Assembly (NCBI GenBank): GCA_030550025.1
Contig: JAUQQC010000002.1
Coordinates: forward strand, 326,058 to 390,057
DNA from: Acidobacteriota bacterium
GTDB lineage: Bacteria; Acidobacteriota; Blastocatellia; HR10
Length of the DNA stretch: 64,000 nucleotides
Direction of reading: 5' to 3'
The stretch's first letter is position 1. Every line of letters begins with the position of its first letter. Position numbers and translations under genes: made by a program. Positions 22,558 to 31,982 of the stretch are shown in pieces. The notes beneath the pieces are model-generated. The model saw only the letters and a program-made list of their open reading frames with translations. It was not told the origin of the DNA and made no database searches.

Positions 22558-23700
22558 TCACGCGGAACCAACGCCAGCCGGAGCGACCGGGTTATAGAGG
22601 GAATCTCGTTCGACGGGAACGCGCCCGGCTTGTCGGATCAGGTGCTCGATCTCCGCACGGGTCAGGCCCTGTGGCGTTTGTCCCCCCGCCATGTGATAGA
22701 TCTTCTCCTCGACCACCGTCCCATCCAGATCATCGGCGCCAAAGCGCAGGGCGACCTGCGCCAACTTCGGCCCCATCATGATCCAATACGCTTTGATGTG
22801 GTCGAAGTTGTCCAACATGAGGCGCGCGATGGCGATGTTCTTCAGATCGTCCACGCCCGTCGTCCATGGCAGATGGCTCAGCCGCGTGTTCTCCGGATGG
22901 AACGCCAGCGGGATGAACGCCGTGAAACCGCCCGTCTCATCTTGCAGCGCGCGCAGCCGCAGCAGGTGATCCACGCGCTCCTCATAGGTCTCGACGTGTC
23001 CGTAGAGCATCGTCGCCGTGGACTTCAAACCGCATTCGTGGACGGTGCGCGCGACCTCCAGCCAGCGCTCGCCGCTGATCTTATGCGTGCAGATGATATC
23101 GCGCACTCGCCGGGCGAAGATCTCCGCGCCCCCACCGGGGACCGAATCCAATCCCGCCTCTTTCAGGATCTCGATCGTCTCGCGCAAGGATTTCCCTGCC
23201 AATTTCGCCAGATAGTCCAGCTCCACGCAGGTGAAAGCCTTCAGATGCACGTTCGGGAAGTGATATTTCAGCGCGCGCAGCAGGTCCACGTAGTATTGGA
23301 AGGGGAGATACGGGTGCAAGCCGCCGACGATGTGGAACTCGCGCACGGAATCGGTGTATCCGCGCGCGGCCGCCTGGACGACCTCTTCGATGCTCATCGT
23401 CCATCCCCCTTCCTCTCCGACCTTGCGCGCAAAGGCGCAGAGCTGGCAGTCCACGAAGCAGATGTTGGTCGGATTGAGGTGGCGATTGATGATGTAGTAG
23501 GCGACGTTGCCGTTCTTCTTCTCCCTCACGTAGTTGGCAAGGGCGCCGAGCGTCAGCAGGTCGTTCGAGCGATAGAGCGCCACGCCATCCTCGAACGTGA
23601 GGCGCTCGCCGGCGAGGACCTTCTCGGCGATCGGCGCCAGTTCCGAACGCGTGATATATGTCTCCATGTCCTCCCCCTGCCCTGGGTGAGCGGGCATCAT
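22558..23700 (-). CDS. Radical-SAM futalosine-pathway enzyme (aminofutalosine synthase MqnE / cyclic dehypoxanthinyl futalosine synthase MqnC family)
   Basis: [12 protein letters not shown] CxxxCxxC radical-SAM cluster motif; about 370 aa MqnE/MqnC architecture; likely start METYITRS at 23667. Confidence 0.85.
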   Translation of the reverse strand: MMPAHPGQGEDMETYITRSELAPIAEKVLAGERLTFEDGVALYRSNDLLTLGALANYVREKKNGNVAYYIINRHLNPTNICFVDCQLCAFARKVGEEGGWTMSIEEVVQAAARGYTDSVREFHIVGGLHPYLPFQYYVDLLRALKYHFPNVHLKAFTCVELDYLAKLAGKSLRETIEILKEAGLDSVPGGGAEIFARRVRDIICTHKISGERWLEVARTVHECGLKSTATMLYGHVETYEERVDHLLRLRALQDETGGFTAFIPLAFHPENTRLSHLPWTTGVDDLKNIAIARLMLDNFDHIKAYWIMMGPKLAQVALRFGADDLDGTVVEEKIYHMAGGQTPQGLTRAEIEHLIRQAGRVPVERDSLYNPVAPAGVGSA

Positions 23701-24626
23701 CGCAAGAGCACCTCCCCTCCCATCGTGAAGAGAAGGATGAGGCTCACGCCGGCGTTCGTAGTGAAGAAGGCTTCATTGACCCGCGAGAGATCGTCGGGAC
23801 GAACGAGTCGGTGTTGTCGGATGAGGAGCAAGAGCGTCGCCACAAGTCCCGCTCCGCCCAACCAGCGCAGTCCGGCTAAGCGGAAGGCCCACACGAGACT
23901 GGCGAAGGCGATCCCGTGAAAGACCCGCGCGATCCGAAGGGCGCGTCGGAGGCCGAATCGCGCCGGCAGCGACCGCAAGCCCGCACGCCGATCGAAGTCC
24001 ACGTCCTGACAGGCGTAGATCACGTCGAAACCGGCCACCCACATCATGACGGCCAGGCTCACCACGAGCGGGAGCCAATTGTCCAAAGCGCCGCGCACGG
24101 CGATCCAAGCTCCCGTCGGCGCGATGGCCAGGCACCAGCCGAGCACCAGATGCGAGTACTCGGTGAACCGCTTCGTGTAAGAGTAAAGCAGGATCGAGGC
24201 GAGCGCCAGCGGGGCCAACATCAGCGTGAGCCGATTCAGCATGGCCGCCGCCAGGAGGAACACGGCTGCCGAGACGACGACGAAAGCGCGGACGTAGCCC
24301 GGACTCACGCGCCCGGCCGGCAGTGCGCGATTCTGCGTTCGCGGATTCTGGCGATCGAATTCGCAATCCACGAGCCGGTTGAAGGCCATCGCGGAACTGC
24401 GCGCGCCCACCATGGCGACCAGAATCCAAAAGAGCGTGCGCCCATCGGGCAGACCATCGGCGGCGAGAATCGCGCCTAAGAGCGCAAACGGGAGGGCGAA
24501 GAGCGTGTGCTCGATCTTAATCATCTCCAGCGTCAGACGCGTGTTTCGCCACAGCGCTCTCGCCGGAGAAGATCGCGCGGATATCTTCGACCTCGCGCTC
24601 ATCGTCACCCACGCCCTCCTCTCCAC
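23697..24626 (-). CDS. UbiA-family aromatic prenyltransferase (MqnP-like, menaquinone)
   Basis: Multi-TM protein; [15 protein letters not shown] Asp-rich UbiA motif; 4-nt overlap with the upstream radical-SAM gene. Confidence 0.85.
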   Translation of the reverse strand: MERRAWVTMSARSKISARSSPARALWRNTRLTLEMIKIEHTLFALPFALLGAILAADGLPDGRTLFWILVAMVGARSSAMAFNRLVDCEFDRQNPRTQNRALPAGRVSPGYVRAFVVVSAAVFLLAAAMLNRLTLMLAPLALASILLYSYTKRFTEYSHLVLGWCLAIAPTGAWIAVRGALDNWLPLVVSLAVMMWVAGFDVIYACQDVDFDRRAGLRSLPARFGLRRALRIARVFHGIAFASLVWAFRLAGLRWLGGAGLVATLLLLIRQHRLVRPDDLSRVNEAFFTTNAGVSLILLFTMGGEVLLR

Positions 24627-25228
24627 ATCGTCTCTCGAGAATGTTCGATCCCCAGGTGATCGAGAATGCGATAGACGAAGTGCTTCACTAGATCCTCGAT
24701 CGTACGCGGGCGATGGTAAAAGGCCGGCATGGCCGGCAGAATCACCGCACCGAGCTGCCGCAGCGTCAGCATGTTTTGCAAATGAATGGCATTGAGCGGC
24801 GTCTCGCGCACGACGAGAACGAGGCGCCGCCCTTCTTTCAACGTCACATCAGCGGCGCGATGGATCAAGTTCATCGTCGTCCCCGTAGCGATCGCGCCGA
24901 GCGTCCCGACGCTGCAGGGGACGATGACCATCCCATCCACCGGATAGGAACCACTGGAGATGGGCGCGCCCAGATCGTTCAGTTGAAAACACACGAGCTT
25001 ATGGCGAGAGAAGCCGAGTCGGTCGGCGACCTCGGGGCTGAGCGGAGCAGGTATCTCCACATCCAACTCCTCAGCGAAGACGCGGCGTCCGTTGTCGCTG
25101 ATGAGCAAATTGATCTGCCGAACGCGCGGACTCGCATCCAGCAGCTGCAGCAGCCGCTGCGCGTAGCACGCGCCACTGGCGCCCGTGATGGCGACCGTGA
25201 TGGAGACTCCCTCGCCCATAGCGCCCAT
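24605..25228 (-). CDS. ubiX: Flavin prenyltransferase UbiX family (MqnL-like)
   Basis: [18 protein letters not shown]...[16 protein letters not shown] flavoprotein UbiX/Pad1 motifs. Confidence 0.9.
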   Translation of the reverse strand: MGAMGEGVSITVAITGASGACYAQRLLQLLDASPRVRQINLLISDNGRRVFAEELDVEIPAPLSPEVADRLGFSRHKLVCFQLNDLGAPISSGSYPVDGMVIVPCSVGTLGAIATGTTMNLIHRAADVTLKEGRRLVLVVRETPLNAIHLQNMLTLRQLGAVILPAMPAFYHRPRTIEDLVKHFVYRILDHLGIEHSRETMWRGGRG

Positions 25229-25363
25229 CGCGTTTTGGGAGATAAGCGTACCGACCTTCGGGAAAGCTTGTCAAGAAACTCCTCCATGGCCTCGTCCAGC
25301 AAGGTGGAAGCCCCAGCTTGACAGCCCGAAGGGCCTCGATTCATCATCGTTTGGTAGCGGGAC

Positions 25364-26869
25364 ATGCTCGACGCATATCGGGAGGAGTTGGCTCAATTCC
25401 ACGAGGCACTCGCGCGCGAGGAATACGAGCATTACTCCGGACGAAAGGAGACGCTCGAGCTGGAACCGATCTACGATCGGTACGGACATCTCTTCACGCG
25501 CGAAGCCATCGAGACCTTGCGACGCGAGCGCGAGGCGATCCACGAATCTTTCGAGACCTCGCGTCGCGCGCTCGATCTCTTGATCGCCGAGGCCACCGAA
25601 CGCGCGCTGGAGATGAGCGTCCGCTCCTTGACCGAACAGATCGCGCGCGCGGAGGCGGAAGCGGAGATCCTCTGGGACGAGGCGACGCTCACGTTCTATC
25701 AGGCGAAGCAACGGTTGGCGACTGAGCCGAATCCTCAGCGGCGTCGGGAGCTGCAGGCGCAGTGCACCGAGGTCGTCCGGCGGACGAATGAGCTTCGCCA
25801 GGAGCGTTGGCGCCAGCTCCATCGCGCGGCACGCGGATTCGGATATGCGGACTCTCGAGCGCTTTATCAGGCCGTGCGCGCGCGGGATTTCGAAACGCTC
25901 GGGCGCCAATGGGCACGGTTCCTGGAGGAGACGGATGAGCTGTATCGAGCGCATCTTCAGGACGCGCTGATGAGCGAATTGGGACTCCGCCCGGCGGAGG
26001 CCGACCGTGCGGACATCCCCGCCTTCCTTCGCCTGGAGCGTTACGCGGACGTCTTCCCCCGCGATGGTCTGCGGGCGATCTATGCGGAGGTATGGCAGGG
26101 ACTCAGTATCGAAGCCGATCGGCAGCAGAACATCGAAGTGGATGATGAGGAGCGCCCCCGCAAGCATCCGCGCGCGTTCTGCGTCCCGATTCGAATCCCG
26201 GAGGAGATCAAGCTCGTCATCGCCCCGAACGGCGGCGTGCCAGATTACCAAGCCCTGCTTCATGAGGCTGGACATGCGCAGCACTATGCGTGGACGTCGG
26301 CGGCGCTCCCCCCTGAGTTCAAGTATTCGGGCGATCGTGCCGTGAGCGAGAGCTACGCGTTTCTGTTCGAGTCGTTGCTGCGGGAGCCGCGTTGGCTCGA
26401 CGAGGCGTTGCACTTCTCGGCGAGCGAGCATTTCCTGAGGCTCATGTGGGTGCATCGGCTTTTCCTCCTACGCCGATACGCCGCCAAGTGCGAGTATGAG
26501 CAGCTCCTGTATGCGACCGATGAGCCGGAGGCCGTCGCTTCGGAATACGCCGAACGACTCACGCGCGCGACGGGGTTTCGCCATGGGCCCGAGGAGTTCC
26601 TGAGCGATGTGGACGATGGCTTCTACGCGGCCGATTATTGGCGGGCGTGGGTGGCCGAGGTCTGGTTGCGCGATCACGTGAAGACGAGATTCGGACATCG
26701 GTGGTGGCGGCATCCCCGAGCCGGACGCTTTCTGATCGAGTTGTGGGAGACGGGCGAGCGCTACACGGTCGAGGAGATCATTCGGCAGATCGGCACCGGC
26801 GATCCTTCGATTGATCCTCTCATGGATGAAATGCGCGCGGCGTTGGGACGACGACGGAGGCGAAGATGA
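25364..26869 (+). CDS. Putative zinc metallopeptidase (HExxH; oligoendopeptidase-F/M3-like)
   Basis: LLHEAGHAQHY HExxH motif with downstream Glu; about 500 aa helical protein; family assignment tentative. Confidence 0.55.
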   Translation: MLDAYREELAQFHEALAREEYEHYSGRKETLELEPIYDRYGHLFTREAIETLRREREAIHESFETSRRALDLLIAEATERALEMSVRSLTEQIARAEAEAEILWDEATLTFYQAKQRLATEPNPQRRRELQAQCTEVVRRTNELRQERWRQLHRAARGFGYADSRALYQAVRARDFETLGRQWARFLEETDELYRAHLQDALMSELGLRPAEADRADIPAFLRLERYADVFPRDGLRAIYAEVWQGLSIEADRQQNIEVDDEERPRKHPRAFCVPIRIPEEIKLVIAPNGGVPDYQALLHEAGHAQHYAWTSAALPPEFKYSGDRAVSESYAFLFESLLREPRWLDEALHFSASEHFLRLMWVHRLFLLRRYAAKCEYEQLLYATDEPEAVASEYAERLTRATGFRHGPEEFLSDVDDGFYAADYWRAWVAEVWLRDHVKTRFGHRWWRHPRAGRFLIELWETGERYTVEEIIRQIGTGDPSIDPLMDEMRAALGRRRRRR

Positions 26870-27987
26870 GCGACGAAGAGCGCGTTCGCGTCCCACTCGG
26901 TGAGCGGAGCTACGACGTCCTGATCGGCGAAGGTCTGCTGCAGCGCGCCGGAGCGTTGACGCGGAATGCTCTGGAAGCGGCTGGGCTACGAACCACGCGC
27001 CTGGCCCTCATCTCCAATACGCGCGTATTCGGGCTCTACGGGCGAACGCTCTGTTCCGGTCTTCGGCGGGCTGGCTTCGCCCTCTCCGTCCATCTGATCG
27101 GCGACGGCGAGCGATACAAGACCTTGCGGACTGTCGGGCGGCTGTACAAGGAGCTGGCCGAACAGCGGTTGGATCGGGCGTCGGCGATCGTCGCGCTCGG
27201 CGGAGGGGTCGTCGGCGACATCGCCGGATTCGTGGCCGCCACGTTCTTGCGAGGGATCGCGTACGTGTCGGTCCCGACGACTGTGGTGGCGGCCATTGAT
27301 AGCTCGATCGGCGGCAAAACCGGCGTGAACTTGCCGCAGGGGAAGAATCTCGTCGGTGCGTTCCATCAACCGCGGCTCGTGCTCGTGGACGTCGCGACCC
27401 TGCGCACGCTCCCGCCTCGAGAGGTGGCTGCCGGTTTGTGCGAAGCCCTCAAGTATGGCGTCATTCGCGATGCCGATCTCTTCGACCGAATCCTCGCGTG
27501 CATGGACGCGCTCCGAGGCGGGGAAGCGGCGGCTTGGATCCCCGTGATCCGACGCTGCTGCGAAATCAAAGCCGAAATCGTCCGCTGCGACGAGCGAGAG
27601 GCCGGACTCCGCCGGATCCTCAACTTCGGACACACCTTCGGGCACGCGCTGGAAGCCGTCACCCGCTATCGCCGCTTGAAGCACGGCGAGGCCGTCGGCT
27701 ATGGGATGATCCTGGCCGCACGTCTGGCCGTGCGCCTGGGCTTGCTACCACCGGAAGAGGCCGAACGTCTCCATCGTGCGGTCGCCGCCTGCGGGCGCTT
27801 CCCTTCGATCGCCGATCTCGATCCCGATGCGGTCCTGGCCGCGATGCGCCATGATAAGAAGGCGCGCGCCGGACGCTTGACCTTCGTGCTCCCCACACGC
27901 ATTGGTCACGTGACGGTGCGCGACGATGTCCCCCCTCGAATCGTCCGCGCTCTCCTTCGCGCGAGCTTGTGCGACCTCTTGCCGTGA
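26866..27987 (+). CDS. aroB: 3-dehydroquinate synthase
   Basis: GGGVVGDIAGFVAATFLRGI NAD-binding motif; NFGHTFGHALE metal site; ATGA overlap with the upstream gene. Confidence 0.93.
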   Translation: MSDEERVRVPLGERSYDVLIGEGLLQRAGALTRNALEAAGLRTTRLALISNTRVFGLYGRTLCSGLRRAGFALSVHLIGDGERYKTLRTVGRLYKELAEQRLDRASAIVALGGGVVGDIAGFVAATFLRGIAYVSVPTTVVAAIDSSIGGKTGVNLPQGKNLVGAFHQPRLVLVDVATLRTLPPREVAAGLCEALKYGVIRDADLFDRILACMDALRGGEAAAWIPVIRRCCEIKAEIVRCDEREAGLRRILNFGHTFGHALEAVTRYRRLKHGEAVGYGMILAARLAVRLGLLPPEEAERLHRAVAACGRFPSIADLDPDAVLAAMRHDKKARAGRLTFVLPTRIGHVTVRDDVPPRIVRALLRASLCDLLP

Positions 27988-28046
27988 GCTGCGCACACAT
28001 CCCTTGGGGGGAAGTGGCGGGCGAGGCATTCCGTAGAGGCGGAAGG

Positions 28047-28388
28047 CTACCGGAAGCTCTCTACGGCCGCCGCCTCGTCGTCAAAGGCCTCGAAAACGGT
28101 GGCGAGCTTCGTGATCGTCAGGACCTCCCGGACGCGTGGGGGAACATGAAGCAACTTCAGGCGTCCTCCGCGATTCCCCACCGCCGTGTAAGCGCTCACT
28201 AGCTCCCCGATGCCCGAGCTGTCCATGTGCGTGACGCCAGCGAGATTGAGCAGGACGTTGCGCCCCCCTTGCTGAATGACGCGATGCACGGCTTCGCGAA
28301 AGTGAAGCGTTCCCTCACCGATCGTGATCCTCCCCTCGATGTCCAGGATATGCACGTCTCCGAGAGTGCGATGTTCGATGCGGATCAT
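28047..28388 (-). CDS. STAS-domain anti-sigma-factor antagonist (RsbV/SpoIIAA-like)
   Basis: 113 aa; GVTHMDSSGIGELV contains the conserved phosphorylatable Ser. Confidence 0.85.
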   Translation of the reverse strand: MIRIEHRTLGDVHILDIEGRITIGEGTLHFREAVHRVIQQGGRNVLLNLAGVTHMDSSGIGELVSAYTAVGNRGGRLKLLHVPPRVREVLTITKLATVFEAFDDEAAAVESFR

Positions 28389-28847
28389 TTACGGACTCCT
28401 CGGACGAATCCGCTTTCGCAAACGGACGGTCGTTCCCCCACCCGGCGACGACCAGATGTCCACTTCGTCCATGAACGCCTTCATGTAAAAGATGCCGCGT
28501 CCGGTCGGCTTCAACAGATTCTCCGGGTCCAGAGGGTTGGGCACTTGAGAGAGGTCGAAGCCGCTCCCCTGATCTCTCACGCAGATGCTGAGGCCGTCGT
28601 GATTGAAGGCATATTGGATCTCGACCCGCTTCTGCCGGTCTTCCTTATTGCCGTGCTTGATGGCATTGATGACGGCTTCGCGCACGGCCATGCTGATCCA
28701 CATGGCGGTCTCTTCGTCGAACCCTGTGAGGCGGGCGAGCGTAGCGGTCACCGTCTCCGCAAGCTCGACGAATTCGAAGCCGCTCGCCACACTCAGGCTG
28801 ATGCTGTAGGTCTCTGGGGCCCGCTCCTCTCTCATGGAGCCCCCCAT
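28389..28847 (-). CDS. Anti-sigma regulatory factor, GHKL Ser/Thr kinase (RsbW/SpoIIAB-like)
   Basis: EAVINAIKHGN N-box and DQGSGFD G1-box (HATPase_c); stop abuts the RsbV-like start; alternative start MREERAPE at 28835. Confidence 0.85.
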   Translation of the reverse strand: MGGSMREERAPETYSISLSVASGFEFVELAETVTATLARLTGFDEETAMWISMAVREAVINAIKHGNKEDRQKRVEIQYAFNHDGLSICVRDQGSGFDLSQVPNPLDPENLLKPTGRGIFYMKAFMDEVDIWSSPGGGTTVRLRKRIRPRSP

Positions 28848-28974
28848 GCGCGCCGGAAGCCACGAGACCGAACGGCATGTTCGGGAGAAGCGTTGTCCGC
28901 GCGCGTGTGTTTTTCGATGGCGGAGCAAAGGCTGTGCATCTTCGGAAGGAGTGGTGTAACATAGCAAGGGCTCT

Positions 28975-30291
28975 ATGTCAAGCTGCGTGCTCGGTAGAGC
29001 GAAACGCCTCGTGGGCGAGCTGCGCGTGCCGGGGGATAAATCGCTTTCGCATCGCGCGGCTTTGTGCGCTGCCCTCAGCGAGGGCGTCTCGCGATTGCAC
29101 CGATTCTCTCCGAGTCTTGATTGCGAGCGCACGCTCGCCTGTTTGCGGGCGCTGGGCGTTCCGATCGAGGTCGCTGACACCGAAGATGGGCTGAGGGTCA
29201 CCATTAGTGGGGTGGGCCTGGAGGGATTTGCGCCGCCTGAGCGCATACTCGATGCGGGGAACTCTGGCTCCACCATCCGCATGCTCGCCGGGATCTTGGC
29301 CGGACAGCCTTTCGAAAGCACGATCACCGGCGATGCGTCGTTGCAGCGTCGGCCCATGGATCGGATCGTGCATCCACTCCGGCTGATGGGCGCCTCGGTG
29401 CGCGCGCGAGAGGAGCGCTATGCGCCTCTGACGATTCGCGGGGGGAGATTGCGCCCGATTCGGTATCGGCTGCCGGTGGCGAGCGCGCAGGTCAAGTCGT
29501 GCGTGTTGCTAGCCGGACTTTTCGCGTCGGGGACGACGATTGTCGAGGAGCTCGTGCCGACGCGAAATCATACGGAGATCATGCTCGCCGAATTCGGCGC
29601 CGAGGTGAGCGTCGTCGGTGGGAGTATTGCCGTTTCCGGACGGCCTCGGCTGCGCGCGCGGGAATATCGCATCGCCGGCGATATCTCTTCAGCGGCCTTC
29701 TTCATCGCGGGCGCGCTCGCGCTGCCGGGCTCGCACATACTGGTTCGCGATGTCTTGCTCAATCCGACGCGCACGGGTTTCCTCGAAGTGCTTCAGCTGT
29801 GGGGAGCGCGCATCGAGATCGAAAATGTGCGGCGGTGGCATGGCGAACGGGTGGGGGATGTGCGCGTCGCCTCTTCTCCTTACGGAGAGCGCGGGCGTGC
29901 GGAGCCGCTCGTCCTCAGCGGAGCGCTCATCCCGAGGGTGATCGATGAGATTCCCTTGCTCGCGGTTCTCGCGACGCAAATGCCGGGGGGGATGCTCGTG
30001 CGCGATGCCGCCGAGCTGCGCGTCAAGGAGAGCGATCGCATTCGCGTGACCGTGGAGAATCTGCGGCGCATGGGCGCCCGTGTGACCGAATACGAAGATG
30101 GATTTGCCGTCGCCGGGCCTCAATCCCTGCGGGGGGCGGAGATCGAGCCCGAGGGCGATCATCGCCTCGCGATGGCATTCGCGATCGCTGCGCTTTTGGC
30201 CGAGGGGGAGACGATCATTCGAGAACCCGAAGTCGTGGCCGTCTCCTTCCCTAGGTTCTTTCGCTTGCTGGAGCAGGTCGTCGAGCGATGA
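28975..30291 (+). CDS. aroA: 3-phosphoshikimate 1-carboxyvinyltransferase (EPSP synthase)
   Basis: LPGDKSLSHRA...GNSGSTIRMLAGILAG...ESDRI EPSPS motifs; 438 aa. Confidence 0.95.
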   Translation: MSSCVLGRAKRLVGELRVPGDKSLSHRAALCAALSEGVSRLHRFSPSLDCERTLACLRALGVPIEVADTEDGLRVTISGVGLEGFAPPERILDAGNSGSTIRMLAGILAGQPFESTITGDASLQRRPMDRIVHPLRLMGASVRAREERYAPLTIRGGRLRPIRYRLPVASAQVKSCVLLAGLFASGTTIVEELVPTRNHTEIMLAEFGAEVSVVGGSIAVSGRPRLRAREYRIAGDISSAAFFIAGALALPGSHILVRDVLLNPTRTGFLEVLQLWGARIEIENVRRWHGERVGDVRVASSPYGERGRAEPLVLSGALIPRVIDEIPLLAVLATQMPGGMLVRDAAELRVKESDRIRVTVENLRRMGARVTEYEDGFAVAGPQSLRGAEIEPEGDHRLAMAFAIAALLAEGETIIREPEVVAVSFPRFFRLLEQVVER

Positions 30292-30875
30292 CACGCCTTT
30301 TCCTGGTCGGCTTCATGGGATCGGGGAAGACGACGGTCGGGCGCCTTTTGGCCGAGAAGCTCGGATATGCCTTCCTGGACCTCGATGAGTTGATTCAGCA
30401 GCAGGCGGGCCTCTCGATCCCTGAGATCTTCGCGCGAATGGGCGAGGGGGCTTTTCGGGAGATGGAGAGTCGCGCCTTGCGCGCACTCGAGGCCTGGGAG
30501 GATGTCGTTGTGGCGCTCGGCGGCGGAGCCTTCGTGAGCGAGGAGAATCGCCGCGAGGTGAGACGATTGGGCGTCTCGGTCTGGCTTGACTGTCCACTGG
30601 AGGTCATTCTCAAGCGCTTGGGAGAGACGACGGATCGCCCCCTCTATCGCTCTCCCGAGCAGATGCGCGCGTTGCTCGGGGCGCGTCTCTCGGCCTATCA
30701 ACAGGCCGACTTGCGCGTGGAGGCCGGAGAGGTGACGCCGGAGAGCGTAGCCGACGAGATCATTCGTCGCTTGAATCTGCGGCCGAAGCAGTCGTCAGCG
30801 CGTATGCGCGAAGACCTCTTTCACGACGCGCGTGAGGGGGTCGGCCGTGGCATGTCGGAAAGTACCTCCTCGTAG
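30288..30875 (+). CDS. aroK: Shikimate kinase
   Basis: LVGFMGSGKTTVGRLLA P-loop; 4-nt overlap with aroA; about 20-aa C-terminal extension. Confidence 0.9.
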   Translation: MTRLFLVGFMGSGKTTVGRLLAEKLGYAFLDLDELIQQQAGLSIPEIFARMGEGAFREMESRALRALEAWEDVVVALGGGAFVSEENRREVRRLGVSVWLDCPLEVILKRLGETTDRPLYRSPEQMRALLGARLSAYQQADLRVEAGEVTPESVADEIIRRLNLRPKQSSARMREDLFHDAREGVGRGMSESTSS

Positions 30876-31957
30876 AGCGCCAGGACTGCGCGCGCCATCC
30901 TCTGGCGCGTGAAGTGCTCGCCGACATATCGGCGCGCGGTTTCCCCAAGCCGTTGGCGAAGCGCGGCATCTTCGAGCAAGCGGTTCATGGCGTCCGCTAA
31001 GGCGTGGGCGTTGGCCGGAGGGACGAGAAGGCCGGTCACCTCGTGCCGATTCACCCATGCGAGGCCAGTCGGCAGTGCCGTGCTGATGACCGGTTTCCCG
31101 GCGGCCATCGCTTCAAGCTGGACGATTCCGAAAGTCTCGCTCTCGTGCGTGGAGGGAAGGACCAGGAGGTCGCACGCGTGGTAATAGGCTGGAAGGCACT
31201 CATGCGCGACCTCCCCGAGGAAGGCGATCCGCTCTTCGAGCCCCAACGCACGGACGCGCCGTCGCAAGGCGCGTTGGCGCGGCCCGCGCCCGATGATGAG
31301 GAGTCGCGCCGAGACGCCCGACATCGCTTCGATCAAATGCTCTACGCCTTTGTAGTACACGAGCCGGCCGACGAAAAGGATCAGGCGAGGCCCAAACTCG
31401 GCGCGAATCGCCGCGGCGCGCTCCCGCATAGCCTTATCCGGATGGAAGCGCGCCACATCGATGCCGAAGGGGATGACCACGCACTTCTCCCGATAGGGGA
31501 GAAGCGTCGGGAAGTCGAGATGTCGAGGGGTGGCGACGATGATCCGATCGGCGTGCTGCAGAAGCCGCATGAGGAACGGCCGATAAACCCACCGCAACAC
31601 GCGCTGTCGCACGATCTCGCTGTGGAAGGAGACGATCACGCGCGCTCGTGGGTTCGCCGCCAGTGCGGCGAGCGTGGCCATCGGATTCGGCTCGTGGACA
31701 TGGATGATGTCGGCCCGATGCTCGGCCACACGATGGGGGAGCGAAGGGCAGAGCGGCGCAGAGGCGATCTGCCCCCATCGCGCCACGCGCGTCACCCGAA
31801 CGCCGTTGATCCACTCGGTCACCGTCCGCGGTCGGGTATTGGCGACGAGGACATGAAGATCTACGTGCGCGCTCAACTCTTCGCACAGATGCTGCAAGAC
31901 CGCTTCCATGCCACCCGGTACGGGAAAGTAGAATTTTCCAATGTGCAGGACCTTCAC
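30821..31957 (-). CDS. GT4-family glycosyltransferase
   Basis: GT-B fold; EAMAAGKPVISTALPTG, ESETFGIVQLEAMA C-terminal motifs. Confidence 0.85.
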   Translation of the reverse strand: MKVLHIGKFYFPVPGGMEAVLQHLCEELSAHVDLHVLVANTRPRTVTEWINGVRVTRVARWGQIASAPLCPSLPHRVAEHRADIIHVHEPNPMATLAALAANPRARVIVSFHSEIVRQRVLRWVYRPFLMRLLQHADRIIVATPRHLDFPTLLPYREKCVVIPFGIDVARFHPDKAMRERAAAIRAEFGPRLILFVGRLVYYKGVEHLIEAMSGVSARLLIIGRGPRQRALRRRVRALGLEERIAFLGEVAHECLPAYYHACDLLVLPSTHESETFGIVQLEAMAAGKPVISTALPTGLAWVNRHEVTGLLVPPANAHALADAMNRLLEDAALRQRLGETARRYVGEHFTRQRMARAVLALYEEVLSDMPRPTPSRAS

Positions 31958-31982
31958 CGTCGTGAGCGGGAACGCACATAGC

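Noticed and set aside
22558-23700. Radical-SAM gene as the missing AmmeMemoRadiSam activase for the Memo-AMMECR1 fusion
   Set aside because: It has the MqnE/MqnC architecture and sits in a UbiA/UbiX menaquinone context 11 kb away on the opposite strand. It is not the short TIGR04337-type activase.
20959-23919. 313-aa (20959..21900) and 462-aa (22531..23919) plus-strand ORFs overlapping bshA and the radical-SAM gene
   Set aside because: The minus-strand genes match BshA and MqnE/C closely; the plus-strand frames are antisense artefacts.
25271-26455. 394-aa ORF antisense to the HEAGH metallopeptidase gene
   Set aside because: The sense-strand ORF has a metallopeptidase motif and an ATGA coupling to aroB; the antisense product is Arg-rich with low complexity.
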